A stretch of DNA of 64,000 bases from an uncultured Acidobacteriota bacterium (lineage in GTDB: Bacteria; Acidobacteriota; Polarisedimenticolia; J045). Under the pieces are notes generated by a model. The model searched no databases. It had not been told where the DNA came from and saw only the letters and a program-made list of their open reading frames with translations. Below are positions 10,177 through 19,391 of the stretch, in pieces (position 1 is the first letter of the stretch; every line of letters begins with the position of its first letter). A program made the translations under genes and the position numbers. Where the stretch lies: the NCBI GenBank assembly GCA_963702425.1, contig CAVPCQ010000012.1, positions 1 to 64,000 of the forward strand. Direction: 5' to 3'.

Positions 10177-13100
10177 GTGCGCACGCTCCGCCCGCTCTCC
10201 TCGCTCACCTCGACCCGCTTCTGCTTCGCCTGCGTGCTGGCGCTGATCGTGCTGCTGGCGCTGGTGGTCGTCCCGGCCCGTGCGGCCGAGGGGGCCGGAG
10301 GCGGCACCGAGGCGGCGGCCGGGGTCGCGCCCGAGGGGCGGCTGCTGCGCTTCCCCGACATCCACGGCGACGTCGTCGTCTTCGTCCACGGCGGCGACAT
10401 CTGGCGCGCCCCGGTCTCGGGCGGCCCGGCGATGCGGCTGACGGCGCACCCGGGCCAGGAGCTGTTCCCGAAGATCTCGCAGGATGGCCGGTGGATCGCC
10501 TACACGGCCGAATACACGGGCTCGCGGCAGGTCTACGTCATGCCGATCGCCGGGGGCGAGCCGAAGCAATTGACCTACTACACCGACGTCGGCGCGATGC
10601 CCCCGCGCGGCGGCTTCGACAACTGGATCCTCGACTGGACGAAGGACGGCCGGATCCTGGTCCGGATGAACCGGACGCCCTTCGGCGAGCGGATGGGGAC
10701 CTACTTCCTGGTCGATCCCAAGGGGGGCCTCGAGAAGCCGCTCCCCCTGCCCCACGGCGGCAGCGCGTCGTTCAGCCCGGACGGCACGAAGCTGGCATAC
10801 ACGCCGATCGACCGCGAGTTCCGGACCTGGAAGCGGACCCGCGGCGGCCGCGCGCAAGACATCTGGATCTACGACCTGGTGGCTGCGAAGTCCGAGCGCG
10901 TCACCGACAACCGCGTCACCGACAACTTCCCGATCTGGCTCGGCGACACGATCTACTTCACCTCGGATCGCGACGACACGCTCAACCTCTTCGCCTACGA
11001 CCTGAAGACGAAGGCCACGCGCAAGCTGACCGAGTTCACCGAGTACGACGTGCTCTGGCCGGCGGCGGGTCCTGGCGGGATCGTCTTCATGAACGGCGGC
11101 TTCCTCTACCGGTTCGACCCGGCGAGCGGCAAGACGCAGCGGCTCGCGATCACGCTCGGTGCCGAGCAGCCGTACGCGCTGCCGTCGTTCAAGAACGTCG
11201 CCGCCAACATCGGCGGCGCCGCGCTGTCTCCCTCGGGCGCGCGAGCCCTGTTCGAGGCCCGCGGCGACCTGTTCTCGGTCCCGGCCAAGGACGGCGCGAC
11301 GCGCGCGCTCTTCCCGAGCCAGGGGGTCCGGGACCGCGGCCCGGCCTGGTCGCCGGACGGCAAGACGATCGCCTACCTGTCCGACCAGACCGGCGAGTAC
11401 GAGATCTACCTCGGCAACCAGGACGGCAGCGGCACACCGCGCCGGCTGACGACCGGCGCGGTGAGCTGGTACTACGCGCCAGCCTTCAGCCCCGACGGCA
11501 GCAAGCTCGCGTTCGCCGACCGTCAGCAGCGGCTGCTGGTCGTCGACGTCGCCAGCGGCGCGGTGACGGTCGCCGACCACAGCGACCAGGAGGACCTGGT
11601 CAGCTACGGCTGGTCCCCCGACTCGCGCTGGCTGGCCTACGAGAAGAGTCACCCGAACCGGATGCCCGGCCTCGCGGTCTGGTCCCTCGAGCAGAAGAAG
11701 AGCTTCTTCCTCGGCGACGGGATGACGATGGATGGCGACCCCACCTTCTCGGCCGACGGCAAGTACCTCTTCTTCACCAGCCTGCGCGACTTCAACCTCG
11801 TCACCAGCGCCTTCGAGTTCGACTACCTCTACCGCAACGCGGGACGCATCTTCGCCGCCGCGCTCGATCCGTCCGCCGAGCCGCTCTTCCCGCTCAAGTC
11901 GGACGAGGAAAAGGGGACGCCCGTTCCGGAAAAACCAAACGCCCCGTCCGCCAGCACCGGCAAGGCGGCCCCCGTAGGGGCCGGCCTCCGTGCCGGTCCG
12001 AAGAAGGACGCGGACCCGAAGAAGGACGCGGACCCAAAGAAAGACGGTGACCCGAAGAAGGACACTCCCCCCGCCACGACGATCGTCCCCGACGGCTTCG
12101 TCGCCCGCACGATCGCGCTTCCGGGGCTCCCGGCCGGCGAGTACGGCAACCTCACTGCCGTCCCCGGCTTCGTCTACTACGTCCGCAACGGCGAGGGCGG
12201 GACGCGTGCGCTGTATCGCTTCGACCTCAAGGAACGCAAGGAGGAGAAGGTCCTCGACAACGCGGGCGGGTACCTGCTCACCGCCGACGGCAAGAAGCTC
12301 CTGTATCGGCAGGGTCCGGGCTGGGGCCTCACCGACGCCAAGGCCGGACTGACCGGCAGCGAAGGGAAGCTCGATTTCTCCGGCCTCCGCGTGAAGCTCG
12401 ACCCGCAGGCCGAGTGGCAGCAGATGTTCACCGACGGCTGGCGCATCACCCGCGACTGGTTCTACGACCCCGCCATGCACGGCTACGACTGGAAGGCGCT
12501 CTACGAGCGCTACAACGCGCTCATTCCGTTCGTCGCGCACCGCGCCGAAGTCGACTGGCTGCTGGGCGAGATGATGAGCGAGCTCGAGGCCGGTCACACC
12601 TACGTCGCTTCCGGCGACGAGCCCACGGTCGAGCGCGTGGAGGGCGGGATGCTCGGGGCCGAGCTGTTCGCCGACCCCTCCGGCCGCTACCGGATCGAGA
12701 AGATCTACGCCGGCGAGAACTGGGACGAAGCGTGGCGCGGCCCGCTCTCCGAACCGGGAGTCGACGTCAAGGAGGGGGAGTTCCTGATCGCGATCGACGG
12801 CGTCGACCTGACGACCGCCGACAACCCCTACCGCCTGCTCGAGGGGAAGGCCGGCAAGCCGGTCGTGCTGACCGTCAACGGCAAGCCGACGGCCGAGGGG
12901 GCGCGCCCGGTCACGATCCGGACGATCGACAGCGAGCTCAACCTGCGTTACCTCGACTGGGTCCGCTCACGGGTGGCGCTGGCCGACAAGCTGTCGGGCG
13001 GCAAGGTCGGGTACATCCACCTCCCCAACACTGCCGGCGAGGGGAACCGGATGCTGCAGAAGATGTTCTATGCGCAGGTCGACAAGCCGGCGCTGATCAT

Positions 13101-13626
13101 CGACGACCGCTACAACGGCGGCGGCTTCATCCCGGTGCGGATGATCGACTACCTCGAGCGCAACACGATGGCCTGGTGGGCCCGGCGCAACGTCGAGGCG
13201 ATGCGCTCGCCGGCCTTCGCCCACGACGGCCCGAAGGCGATGCTGATGAACGGCTACTCGTCGTCGGGCGGCGACGCGCTCCCCTACTGGTTCAAGGCCC
13301 GGGGCCTGGGGCCGTTGATCGGCACGCGGACCTGGGGCGGGCTGATCGGCCTCTCGGGAGGCCCGGCGCTGGTCGACGGCGGGGCGGTGCAGGTGCCGGC
13401 CTTCCGGATCTACGACGCCGCCGGCCAGTGGATCATCGAGAACGAAGGGGTCGAGCCCGACGTCGACGTCATCGACCTGCCCGAGGTGATGATGCAGGGG
13501 GGCGACCCGTCGGTGGAGAAGGCGGTCGAGCTGTTGATGAACGAGCTGGCGAAGAACCCGCCGCACGAGCCGAAGCAGCCGGTGCCGCCGAACCTCGCGC
13601 CGCCCGCGCTCGTGCGGCCGAAGTAG
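10177..13626 (+). CDS. Tricorn protease homolog (S41 family, PD40 propellers, PDZ)
   Basis: RFPDIHGD start, WSPDG propeller repeats, ELEAGHTY, GYIHLPN, DDRYNGGG, catalytic SSGGD, GTRTWGG. Confidence 0.95.
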   Translation: MRTLRPLSSLTSTRFCFACVLALIVLLALVVVPARAAEGAGGGTEAAAGVAPEGRLLRFPDIHGDVVVFVHGGDIWRAPVSGGPAMRLTAHPGQELFPKISQDGRWIAYTAEYTGSRQVYVMPIAGGEPKQLTYYTDVGAMPPRGGFDNWILDWTKDGRILVRMNRTPFGERMGTYFLVDPKGGLEKPLPLPHGGSASFSPDGTKLAYTPIDREFRTWKRTRGGRAQDIWIYDLVAAKSERVTDNRVTDNFPIWLGDTIYFTSDRDDTLNLFAYDLKTKATRKLTEFTEYDVLWPAAGPGGIVFMNGGFLYRFDPASGKTQRLAITLGAEQPYALPSFKNVAANIGGAALSPSGARALFEARGDLFSVPAKDGATRALFPSQGVRDRGPAWSPDGKTIAYLSDQTGEYEIYLGNQDGSGTPRRLTTGAVSWYYAPAFSPDGSKLAFADRQQRLLVVDVASGAVTVADHSDQEDLVSYGWSPDSRWLAYEKSHPNRMPGLAVWSLEQKKSFFLGDGMTMDGDPTFSADGKYLFFTSLRDFNLVTSAFEFDYLYRNAGRIFAAALDPSAEPLFPLKSDEEKGTPVPEKPNAPSASTGKAAPVGAGLRAGPKKDADPKKDADPKKDGDPKKDTPPATTIVPDGFVARTIALPGLPAGEYGNLTAVPGFVYYVRNGEGGTRALYRFDLKERKEEKVLDNAGGYLLTADGKKLLYRQGPGWGLTDAKAGLTGSEGKLDFSGLRVKLDPQAEWQQMFTDGWRITRDWFYDPAMHGYDWKALYERYNALIPFVAHRAEVDWLLGEMMSELEAGHTYVASGDEPTVERVEGGMLGAELFADPSGRYRIEKIYAGENWDEAWRGPLSEPGVDVKEGEFLIAIDGVDLTTADNPYRLLEGKAGKPVVLTVNGKPTAEGARPVTIRTIDSELNLRYLDWVRSRVALADKLSGGKVGYIHLPNTAGEGNRMLQKMFYAQVDKPALIIDDRYNGGGFIPVRMIDYLERNTMAWWARRNVEAMRSPAFAHDGPKAMLMNGYSSSGGDALPYWFKARGLGPLIGTRTWGGLIGLSGGPALVDGGAVQVPAFRIYDAAGQWIIENEGVEPDVDVIDLPEVMMQGGDPSVEKAVELLMNELAKNPPHEPKQPVPPNLAPPALVRPK
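11974..11999 (+). repeat. REP-like hairpin inside the tricorn CDS linker
   Basis: GTAG-GGGCCGGC-CTCCGT-GCCGGTCC: same GTAG head and CTCCGT loop as the intergenic unit at 7061. Confidence 0.5.
11998..12063 (+). repeat. 18-bp coding tandem repeat (PKKDAD x ~3.7)
   Basis: CCGAAGAAGGACGCGGAC twice, CCAAAGAAAGACGGTGAC, then CCGAAGAAGGAC. Confidence 0.85.
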
Positions 13627-13639
13627 GGCGGGGACGATC

Positions 13640-15370
13640 GTGCGCCGCGCCGCGCTGAGCGTGCGCCTCCCGCTCCAGGCGCCGCTCGTGCTCGCCGTCG
13701 CCTTGGCCGCCGGGGCGGCGGTGCAGGCCGCGGACCGGACCGAGGGGAAGATGTTCGCGACCCGCTCGGTCGTCTACGCCCGCCACGGGATGGTCGCCTC
13801 GGCGCACCCGCTCGCCTCGCAGGTCGGGATCGACATCCTTCAGAAGGGCGGCAGCGCGGCCGACGCCGCGATCGCCGTCAACGCCGCGCTGGCGCTGCTG
13901 GAGCCGGTCTCCTGCGGTCCGGGGGGCGACCTGTTCGCGCTCGCCTGGGACGCGAAGCAGGGGAAGCTGCTCGGGCTCAACGCGTCCGGCCCGGCACCGA
14001 AAGGGCTGACTCGCGACAAGGTTCCGCCCGAGAAGGACGGGACGATCCCGCTCCACGGCCCGTACGCCTGGACCGTGCCGGGGGCGATGGACGGTTGGTT
14101 CGAGCTGCACGCGAAGCTGGGCCGACTGCCGCTGACCGAGGTCCTCGCTCCCGCGATCCGGCTGGCGCGCGAGGGGGCGCCGGTCCCGCAGGCGATCGCG
14201 GCAGCCTGGGAGCGCGGCGCGCGCGCCTTCAAGGACAAGCCGGGCTTCGCCGCGGTCTTCCTCCCGAACGGTCGAGCACCGAAGGAAGGAGAGCTCTTCG
14301 CGAACCCGGCGCTGGCGCGGACGCTGGAGGTGCTGGCGAAGGAGGGCCGCGCGGCGATCCAGGGCGGCCCGGTGGCCGAGGCGATCGTGCGCTTCTCGGC
14401 CGCGAACGGCGGCTTCTTCACTCTCGATGATCTCAAGTCGTACCGCGCGAGCTGGGTCGAGCCGATCGCCACGGCGTATCGCGGCGTGACGCTGTACGAG
14501 CTGCCCCCCAACGGGCAGGGGCTGGCCGCGCTCGAGATGCTGAACATCCTCGAGACCTTCGACCTCGCCGCGCTGGGGCGCGAGTCCCCCGACTTCTGGC
14601 ACCTGATGGTCGAGGCCAAGAAGCTGGCCTTCGCCGACCGCGCGCGCTGGTACGCCGACCCGGCGTTCGAGACGGTCCCCGTCGCGGGCCTGCTCGACAA
14701 GGGGTACGCGGCCGCACGCGGGAAGCAGATCGATCGGACCCGCGCGGCGCGCGCCGTCGCGCCCGGCGACCCGCCGGAGCTGCAGCGCGGCGACACGACC
14801 TACCTCGCCGTCGCCGATGCCGACGGCAACATGGTTTCGCTGATCCAGAGCAACTACACCGGCTTCGGTTCCGGCTACGCGATCCCCGAGCTGGGCTTCG
14901 GCCTGCACAGCCGCGGCGCGCAGTTCTCGCTTGACCCGAACCACCCCAATCGGCTCGAACCCGGCAAGCGGCCGTTCCACACGATCATCCCGGCGTTCCT
15001 GGCGAAGGACGGCAGGCCCTGGTGCGCTTTCGGCGTGATGGGGGGCGCGACGCAGCCGCAGGGTCACGTCCAGATCGTCGTCAACCTCGTCGACTTCGGG
15101 ATGAACCTCCAGGAAGCCGGCGATGCGCCGCGCTTCGTGCACGACGGCTCGCAGGAGCCGACCGGGACACCGATGCTGGACGGCGGGCAGCTCGCGCTCG
15201 AGAGCGGCATTCCCCCCGAGGTGCTGCGCGAGCTGGCGCGGCGCGGCCACCGGCTGGTCGCGCTGCCGGGCCAGTACGGCGGCTACCAGGCGGTCTGCAT
15301 CGACCCCGCGACGGGCGTACGCGCGGGCGCCTCGGAGTCGCGCAAGGATGGCGCGGCGATCGGCTACTGA
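13640..15370 (+). CDS. ggt: Gamma-glutamyltransferase
   Basis: GMVASAHPLAS, TVPGA, ELPPNGQG, nucleophile DTTYL, PGKRPFHTIIP, GVMGGATQPQGH, RKDG. Confidence 0.93.
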   Translation: MRRAALSVRLPLQAPLVLAVALAAGAAVQAADRTEGKMFATRSVVYARHGMVASAHPLASQVGIDILQKGGSAADAAIAVNAALALLEPVSCGPGGDLFALAWDAKQGKLLGLNASGPAPKGLTRDKVPPEKDGTIPLHGPYAWTVPGAMDGWFELHAKLGRLPLTEVLAPAIRLAREGAPVPQAIAAAWERGARAFKDKPGFAAVFLPNGRAPKEGELFANPALARTLEVLAKEGRAAIQGGPVAEAIVRFSAANGGFFTLDDLKSYRASWVEPIATAYRGVTLYELPPNGQGLAALEMLNILETFDLAALGRESPDFWHLMVEAKKLAFADRARWYADPAFETVPVAGLLDKGYAAARGKQIDRTRAARAVAPGDPPELQRGDTTYLAVADADGNMVSLIQSNYTGFGSGYAIPELGFGLHSRGAQFSLDPNHPNRLEPGKRPFHTIIPAFLAKDGRPWCAFGVMGGATQPQGHVQIVVNLVDFGMNLQEAGDAPRFVHDGSQEPTGTPMLDGGQLALESGIPPEVLRELARRGHRLVALPGQYGGYQAVCIDPATGVRAGASESRKDGAAIGY

Positions 15371-16572
15371 TGAACCCCTGGCGCGGCGTCGCCGGCCTGC
15401 CGCGCGAGGTCTGGGCGCTGACGGCGACGACCTTCGTCAACCGCGTCGGGACGATGGTCATCCCGTTCCTGGTGCTCTACCTGACGGGGCCACTCGGCTT
15501 CTCGACCGCCTTCGCCGGCGCGGTGGTCGGGATCTTCGGAGCCACCTCGATCGTCGCGGCGCCGATCTCGGGCCGGCTGGCCGACCGCTACGGCGCGAGG
15601 CGGGTAATGACGGTTTCGCTCGTGCTGTCGGCGGCAGTGCTGGCTTTCTACCCGCTCGTGCGCGGCGTCGCCCCGGTCGTCGCCGCGACCGTGCTGTTCG
15701 CCGCGGTCTCGGAGGCCTATCGTCCCGCGAGTCTGTCGGCCGTCTCGCTCGCCGCGGGAGCCGAACAGCGCAAGGCGGCCTTCGCGCTCAACCGGCTGGC
15801 GATCAACCTCGGGATGAGCGTCGGCCCGGCGTTGGGGGGCTTCCTCGCCGCGTGGTCCTACAACGCGCTCTTCTGGGTCGACGGCGCGTCATCGCTGGCG
15901 GCGGCGGCGGTGCTGGCCTGGGTCCCGGCGGGAGCGCTGAGGAGCACGATGGGCGCTTCGGCAGCGGCCCTGGCCGGAGGCGCCGACGGGGCGGACGGGG
16001 CGCCGAGGCCTTCCCTGCTCGGCGAGGCGTGGCGCGATCGGCGCCTGCTCTACTTCCTCGCCGCGTCCCTGCCAGCGCTGGTCGTCTTCTTGCAGCTCAC
16101 CGCCGCGCTGCCGCTCTTCCTGGTGCGCGACCTCGGCTTCTCGGCCGCGTTCTACGGCGCGCTCTTCACGCTCAACACGCTGATCATCGTCGCGGTCGAG
16201 GTGCCGCTCAACGTGGCCATGGCGCGCTGGCCGGCCGGCCGCACGCTGGCGCTCGGCGCGGCTCTGGTCGGCGCCGGTTTCGGTGCGATGGCGCTGACCG
16301 GCAGCCGCATCGGGATCGCGGGCACGGTGGTGATCTGGACCTTCGGCGAGATGATCCTGCTGCCGGGGATGGCGGCCTACGTCGGGGACATCGCCCCCGA
16401 GTCGCGCAGCGGCGAGTACATGGGCCTGTTCACGATGACCTTCGGCTTCGCCCTGGTCCTGGCCCCGCCGCTCGGGACCTTTCTGCTCGAGCGCTTCGGC
16501 GGCGGGGTGCTGTGGCCGGCGATGGCCGGGCTGGGGTTCGTCTCGACGGCCCTGCTCGCGCGGTTGCGGTGA
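15370..16572 (+). CDS. MFS transporter
   Basis: ATG overlaps the ggt stop; motif A (GRLADRYGARR), AINLGMSVGP; about 12 hydrophobic segments. Confidence 0.92.
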   Translation: MNPWRGVAGLPREVWALTATTFVNRVGTMVIPFLVLYLTGPLGFSTAFAGAVVGIFGATSIVAAPISGRLADRYGARRVMTVSLVLSAAVLAFYPLVRGVAPVVAATVLFAAVSEAYRPASLSAVSLAAGAEQRKAAFALNRLAINLGMSVGPALGGFLAAWSYNALFWVDGASSLAAAAVLAWVPAGALRSTMGASAAALAGGADGADGAPRPSLLGEAWRDRRLLYFLAASLPALVVFLQLTAALPLFLVRDLGFSAAFYGALFTLNTLIIVAVEVPLNVAMARWPAGRTLALGAALVGAGFGAMALTGSRIGIAGTVVIWTFGEMILLPGMAAYVGDIAPESRSGEYMGLFTMTFGFALVLAPPLGTFLLERFGGGVLWPAMAGLGFVSTALLARLR

Positions 16573-16573
16573 A

Positions 16574-17128
16574 CTACTCCTGCTTCTTGACGGGCTCCGC
16601 AGCGGCCTCGGCCGCCTCTTTCTGGGCCCGCGCCCAGGATTCTCTGGCGTCCTCCTCGCCGCGTTCGCGCTGCTTGTCCGTCAGCTCCGAGTGCTTCTGG
16701 CAGTCGTCGATCAGCGCATCTCCCTGGGCCGAATCGACGAGCTCGACGGCCGTGCGCGCCTTGATCCACCCGGGGACCGTCTTCTGCCGGAAGTAGTAGG
16801 TCTTGCCGGCCTCCACTTCCATTTCCGGGAGGGCGTTCACGTTCTCTGCCTTCGACCAGAAGACGTACTTGCCCGGCGGCAGGTAGGCCCAGAAGTAGCC
16901 GTTCCCGTGGTTCATGCCGAGGAACTGCTCGTTCGCGAAGAAGTACATCGGGACTGCGAACCCCATCCCTGCTGGCCGGGCGACGTAGATCAGCGCAGCG
17001 TCGGGCTTGACCTCGGCCCGGGGCAGCTTCTCCTCTTTCTCCGCGGCGGAGGCCGGCGGAATCGCCGGCGCCGCGAGCAGCATGAGACCCAGGATCGCAG
17101 ACGAGACCAGGAGCGATTGTCGTGTCAT
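16574..17128 (-). CDS. Exported DUF2846-like protein
   Basis: Signal peptide; ALIYVARP...GYFWAYLPPGKY...EVEAGKTYYFRQ pattern typical of DUF2846. Confidence 0.7.
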   Translation of the reverse strand: MTRQSLLVSSAILGLMLLAAPAIPPASAAEKEEKLPRAEVKPDAALIYVARPAGMGFAVPMYFFANEQFLGMNHGNGYFWAYLPPGKYVFWSKAENVNALPEMEVEAGKTYYFRQKTVPGWIKARTAVELVDSAQGDALIDDCQKHSELTDKQRERGEEDARESWARAQKEAAEAAAEPVKKQE

Positions 17129-17141
17129 CGCCAAGCCCTCC

Positions 17142-17570
17142 TCACTCGCGATAGTACCACCCCGCCACCACCGTCGCGGCGATCGCGCCGACCCACAACT
17201 CCAGCATCCACCAGAGCGGGAAGAGGCGCGGCGCGGGCGACCAGCTCGCCATCGCGAACGCGATCGGGAATCCCGCCGCAAAGCCGACCATCAGGCCCAG
17301 CCGGAGCGCGGTCCCGAACCCGGGTCCCCAACCCTCGCGCACCGCGGCGTAGAGCGCGGCGCAGATCAGCGCCAGCACCAGCTCGATCACGATCCAGGCG
17401 ACGGGAAAGAAGCCGTAGCGCGGCTGCTGAAGGAAGTAGCCGGCCTGCTGCGCCTCGGGATACTTGCTGCCGAGCACCGCGAGGTTGATCACGAGGCCCC
17501 ACAGGAACCAGACGATCCCGCCAAGCACACCGCCGACAACGACCCGCTGCGTGTTGATCTGCTTCATCAT
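17142..17570 (-). CDS. Small four-TM membrane protein, function unknown
   Basis: MMKQINTQRVVVGGVLGGIVW..., four hydrophobic helices, GAGGGAGGG upstream, overlaps the stop of the upstream hydrolase. Confidence 0.75.
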   Translation of the reverse strand: MMKQINTQRVVVGGVLGGIVWFLWGLVINLAVLGSKYPEAQQAGYFLQQPRYGFFPVAWIVIELVLALICAALYAAVREGWGPGFGTALRLGLMVGFAAGFPIAFAMASWSPAPRLFPLWWMLELWVGAIAATVVAGWYYRE

Positions 17571-18430
17571 GCCCTCCCTCTCCTCGTGATCCGGTCCAGG
17601 AAACCCGCGAGGCGCCCGTGCAGCGCCTCGCCCCCCACCTCCCACAGATCGATGTGCCCCCCGCCCGGGACCACGACGAACTCCTTGTCCTGCGATCCCG
17701 CCGCGGCGAAGACCTTCCGTCCGCACGTCATCGGCACCGAGAGGTCAGCGTCGCCGTGCAGCACCAGCAGCGGCGCCCGGACCCGCGGCGCGAGCAGCAC
17801 GGGCTGATCGTCGCGCGCGGCGACCTCCGGCGCCGGCGCGAGGCGCGCGATCCGCCGCAGGTACCACGGCAGCAGGCTGGTCAGGTGCGGGACGACCTCG
17901 GCCGCGGCGTCGGGCGGGCTCTGCAGGACGATTCCCGCCACCTCGCGCGTGCCGGCGACCATCAGCGCGGGGCACGACCCGAGCGAGAAACCGTAGACCA
18001 GGATCGGCCTTCCCGCGAGCTCGGGCCGCGCGGCGACCGCGTCGAAGATCGCGACGCCGTCGCCGATCACCGCATCCAGCGAGGCCTCACCGTCGCTCGG
18101 CCCGAAGCCGCGATAGTTCACCGCGTAGACGTCGAATGGGTGCGAGCGCGCCAGCCCGACGATCCCGGCATCCGGTCCGACGATTTCGCCGTTGCCGCCG
18201 AAATAGAGCACCGCGAGCCGGGCATCCGGGCGCCGGACGGTGACGCCGCGCAGCGCGACGCCGGGAGCCACCGGAACCTCGAGGCGCACGCCGTCGGGCG
18301 CCGGCCCCGCCTTGATCCGCGAGCCGGGCATGAGGTGCTCCTCGCGCAGCACGATGACCGGTGTTGCCGCCCGCAGGGCGGCCCCGACGCGGCCTCCGTT
18401 CCTCTCCTGCGCCTTCGCACCCTGTCGCAC
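17567..18430 (-). CDS. Alpha/beta hydrolase (ABHD13/17-like); start uncertain
   Basis: LYFGGNGE, NYRGFGPSDG, nucleophile GFSLG, LHGDAD, GGGH. Confidence 0.85.
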   Translation of the reverse strand: MRQGAKAQERNGGRVGAALRAATPVIVLREEHLMPGSRIKAGPAPDGVRLEVPVAPGVALRGVTVRRPDARLAVLYFGGNGEIVGPDAGIVGLARSHPFDVYAVNYRGFGPSDGEASLDAVIGDGVAIFDAVAARPELAGRPILVYGFSLGSCPALMVAGTREVAGIVLQSPPDAAAEVVPHLTSLLPWYLRRIARLAPAPEVAARDDQPVLLAPRVRAPLLVLHGDADLSVPMTCGRKVFAAAGSQDKEFVVVPGGGHIDLWEVGGEALHGRLAGFLDRITRRGRA

Positions 18431-18526
18431 CGGCTGGCCTCCCCCGCGTCCCCCCGGGAGCGGGAGGCGATCCTACACCGGCGCGCGTCGTTTGCGGGAA
18501 CGCCGCGCGGCCCCTACCCTCCGCTG

Positions 18527-19090
18527 ATGATCTTCGCCCGCCCGGCACTCCGTTCGATCCTCGTCCTCGCCGTGTCGTTCCTGACCGCGGGAGCCCTCGC
18601 CATGGCCACCGAGTCCAACTACGCGCCGACCGAGGTCGACGTCATCGAGGTCAAGGAGCTTCCAGCGGCCCGGGTCATGGAAGCGGTGGGCGGCCCCGAC
18701 TACTTCGAGGGTCGGAACGGGCCGTTCATGACGCTGTTCGACTACATCCGCACCAATGACCTGGCGATGACCGTCCCGGTCGAAGCCGACCCGCGCCCGG
18801 CACGGATGCGCTTCTTCGTCGAGCGCGACCGTACCGGCGAGCTCCCGACCGGGGAGGGCGGCGTGAAGGTGTACGAGCGACCCGCGCAGCAGGTCGTCTC
18901 AATCGGCCAGCGCGGCTCCTACTCGCGCGAAAACTACGACGAGGGGCTGGCGAAGCTGCGGGCCTGGCTGGCCGCACACCCCGAGTTTCAGGCTTCCGGC
19001 GAGCCCTACGCCGTCTACTGGGACGGACCGTTCAAGCCGTGGTTCCTCAAGCGCGCCGAGGTGCACATTCCGGTGGAGAGGGCGAGATAG
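18527..19090 (+). CDS. SOUL heme-binding family protein
   Basis: Signal peptide; FMTLFDYI, AMTVPV, MRFFV and YWDGPFKPWFLKRAEVHIPV are typical of SOUL proteins. Confidence 0.8.
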   Translation: MIFARPALRSILVLAVSFLTAGALAMATESNYAPTEVDVIEVKELPAARVMEAVGGPDYFEGRNGPFMTLFDYIRTNDLAMTVPVEADPRPARMRFFVERDRTGELPTGEGGVKVYERPAQQVVSIGQRGSYSRENYDEGLAKLRAWLAAHPEFQASGEPYAVYWDGPFKPWFLKRAEVHIPVERAR

Positions 19091-19135
19091 GACCGTCCTC
19101 GACGGCTCGCTTCCGCGGGCAGTCGTTTGCGCAGG

Positions 19136-19325
19136 CGAGATGATCGTCCCGGCCCGCAGTTCCTCGAGGAACTTCCGGATCGGCAAAGATCGGATCGGGC
19201 CGTTCCCGTCCGCGATCTCGCGGGCCTGGCGCCCGAGGCGGGCCACGATTCTCTGCCGGACGCGGCCGTCGTCGGCCAGCGCGGCCATCGGTTTGATCGG
19301 TCCTCCGCGACGCGCGAGTCGTCCG
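19136..19325 (-). pseudogene. Remnant C-terminus of an AAA/DUF4143-type ATPase
   Basis: Reads AALADDGRVRQRIVARLGRQAREIADGNGPIRSLPIRKFLEELRAGTII, resembling the DUF4143 ATPase tail (recalled similarity); no N-terminal part is present. Confidence 0.4.
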
Positions 19326-19391
19326 GAACGTGCGGATCAGATTCTGGCGAACTACAGTTTGCGACGTTCGGCGCTGAGGGACCGATCTCGC

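Noticed and set aside
7098-10400. 1100-aa aminotransferase-glycosyltransferase-TPR fusion ORF
   Set aside because: Explained by a single extra base near 9266; the true aminotransferase C-terminus is in another frame (8936..9160 ORF) and the GT has its own GTG start.
4663-12597. Very long opposite-strand or alternate-frame ORFs (4663..7998, 8116..12597, 9312..12050)
   Set aside because: Arg/Gly/Pro-rich shadows of real high-GC genes with no motifs.
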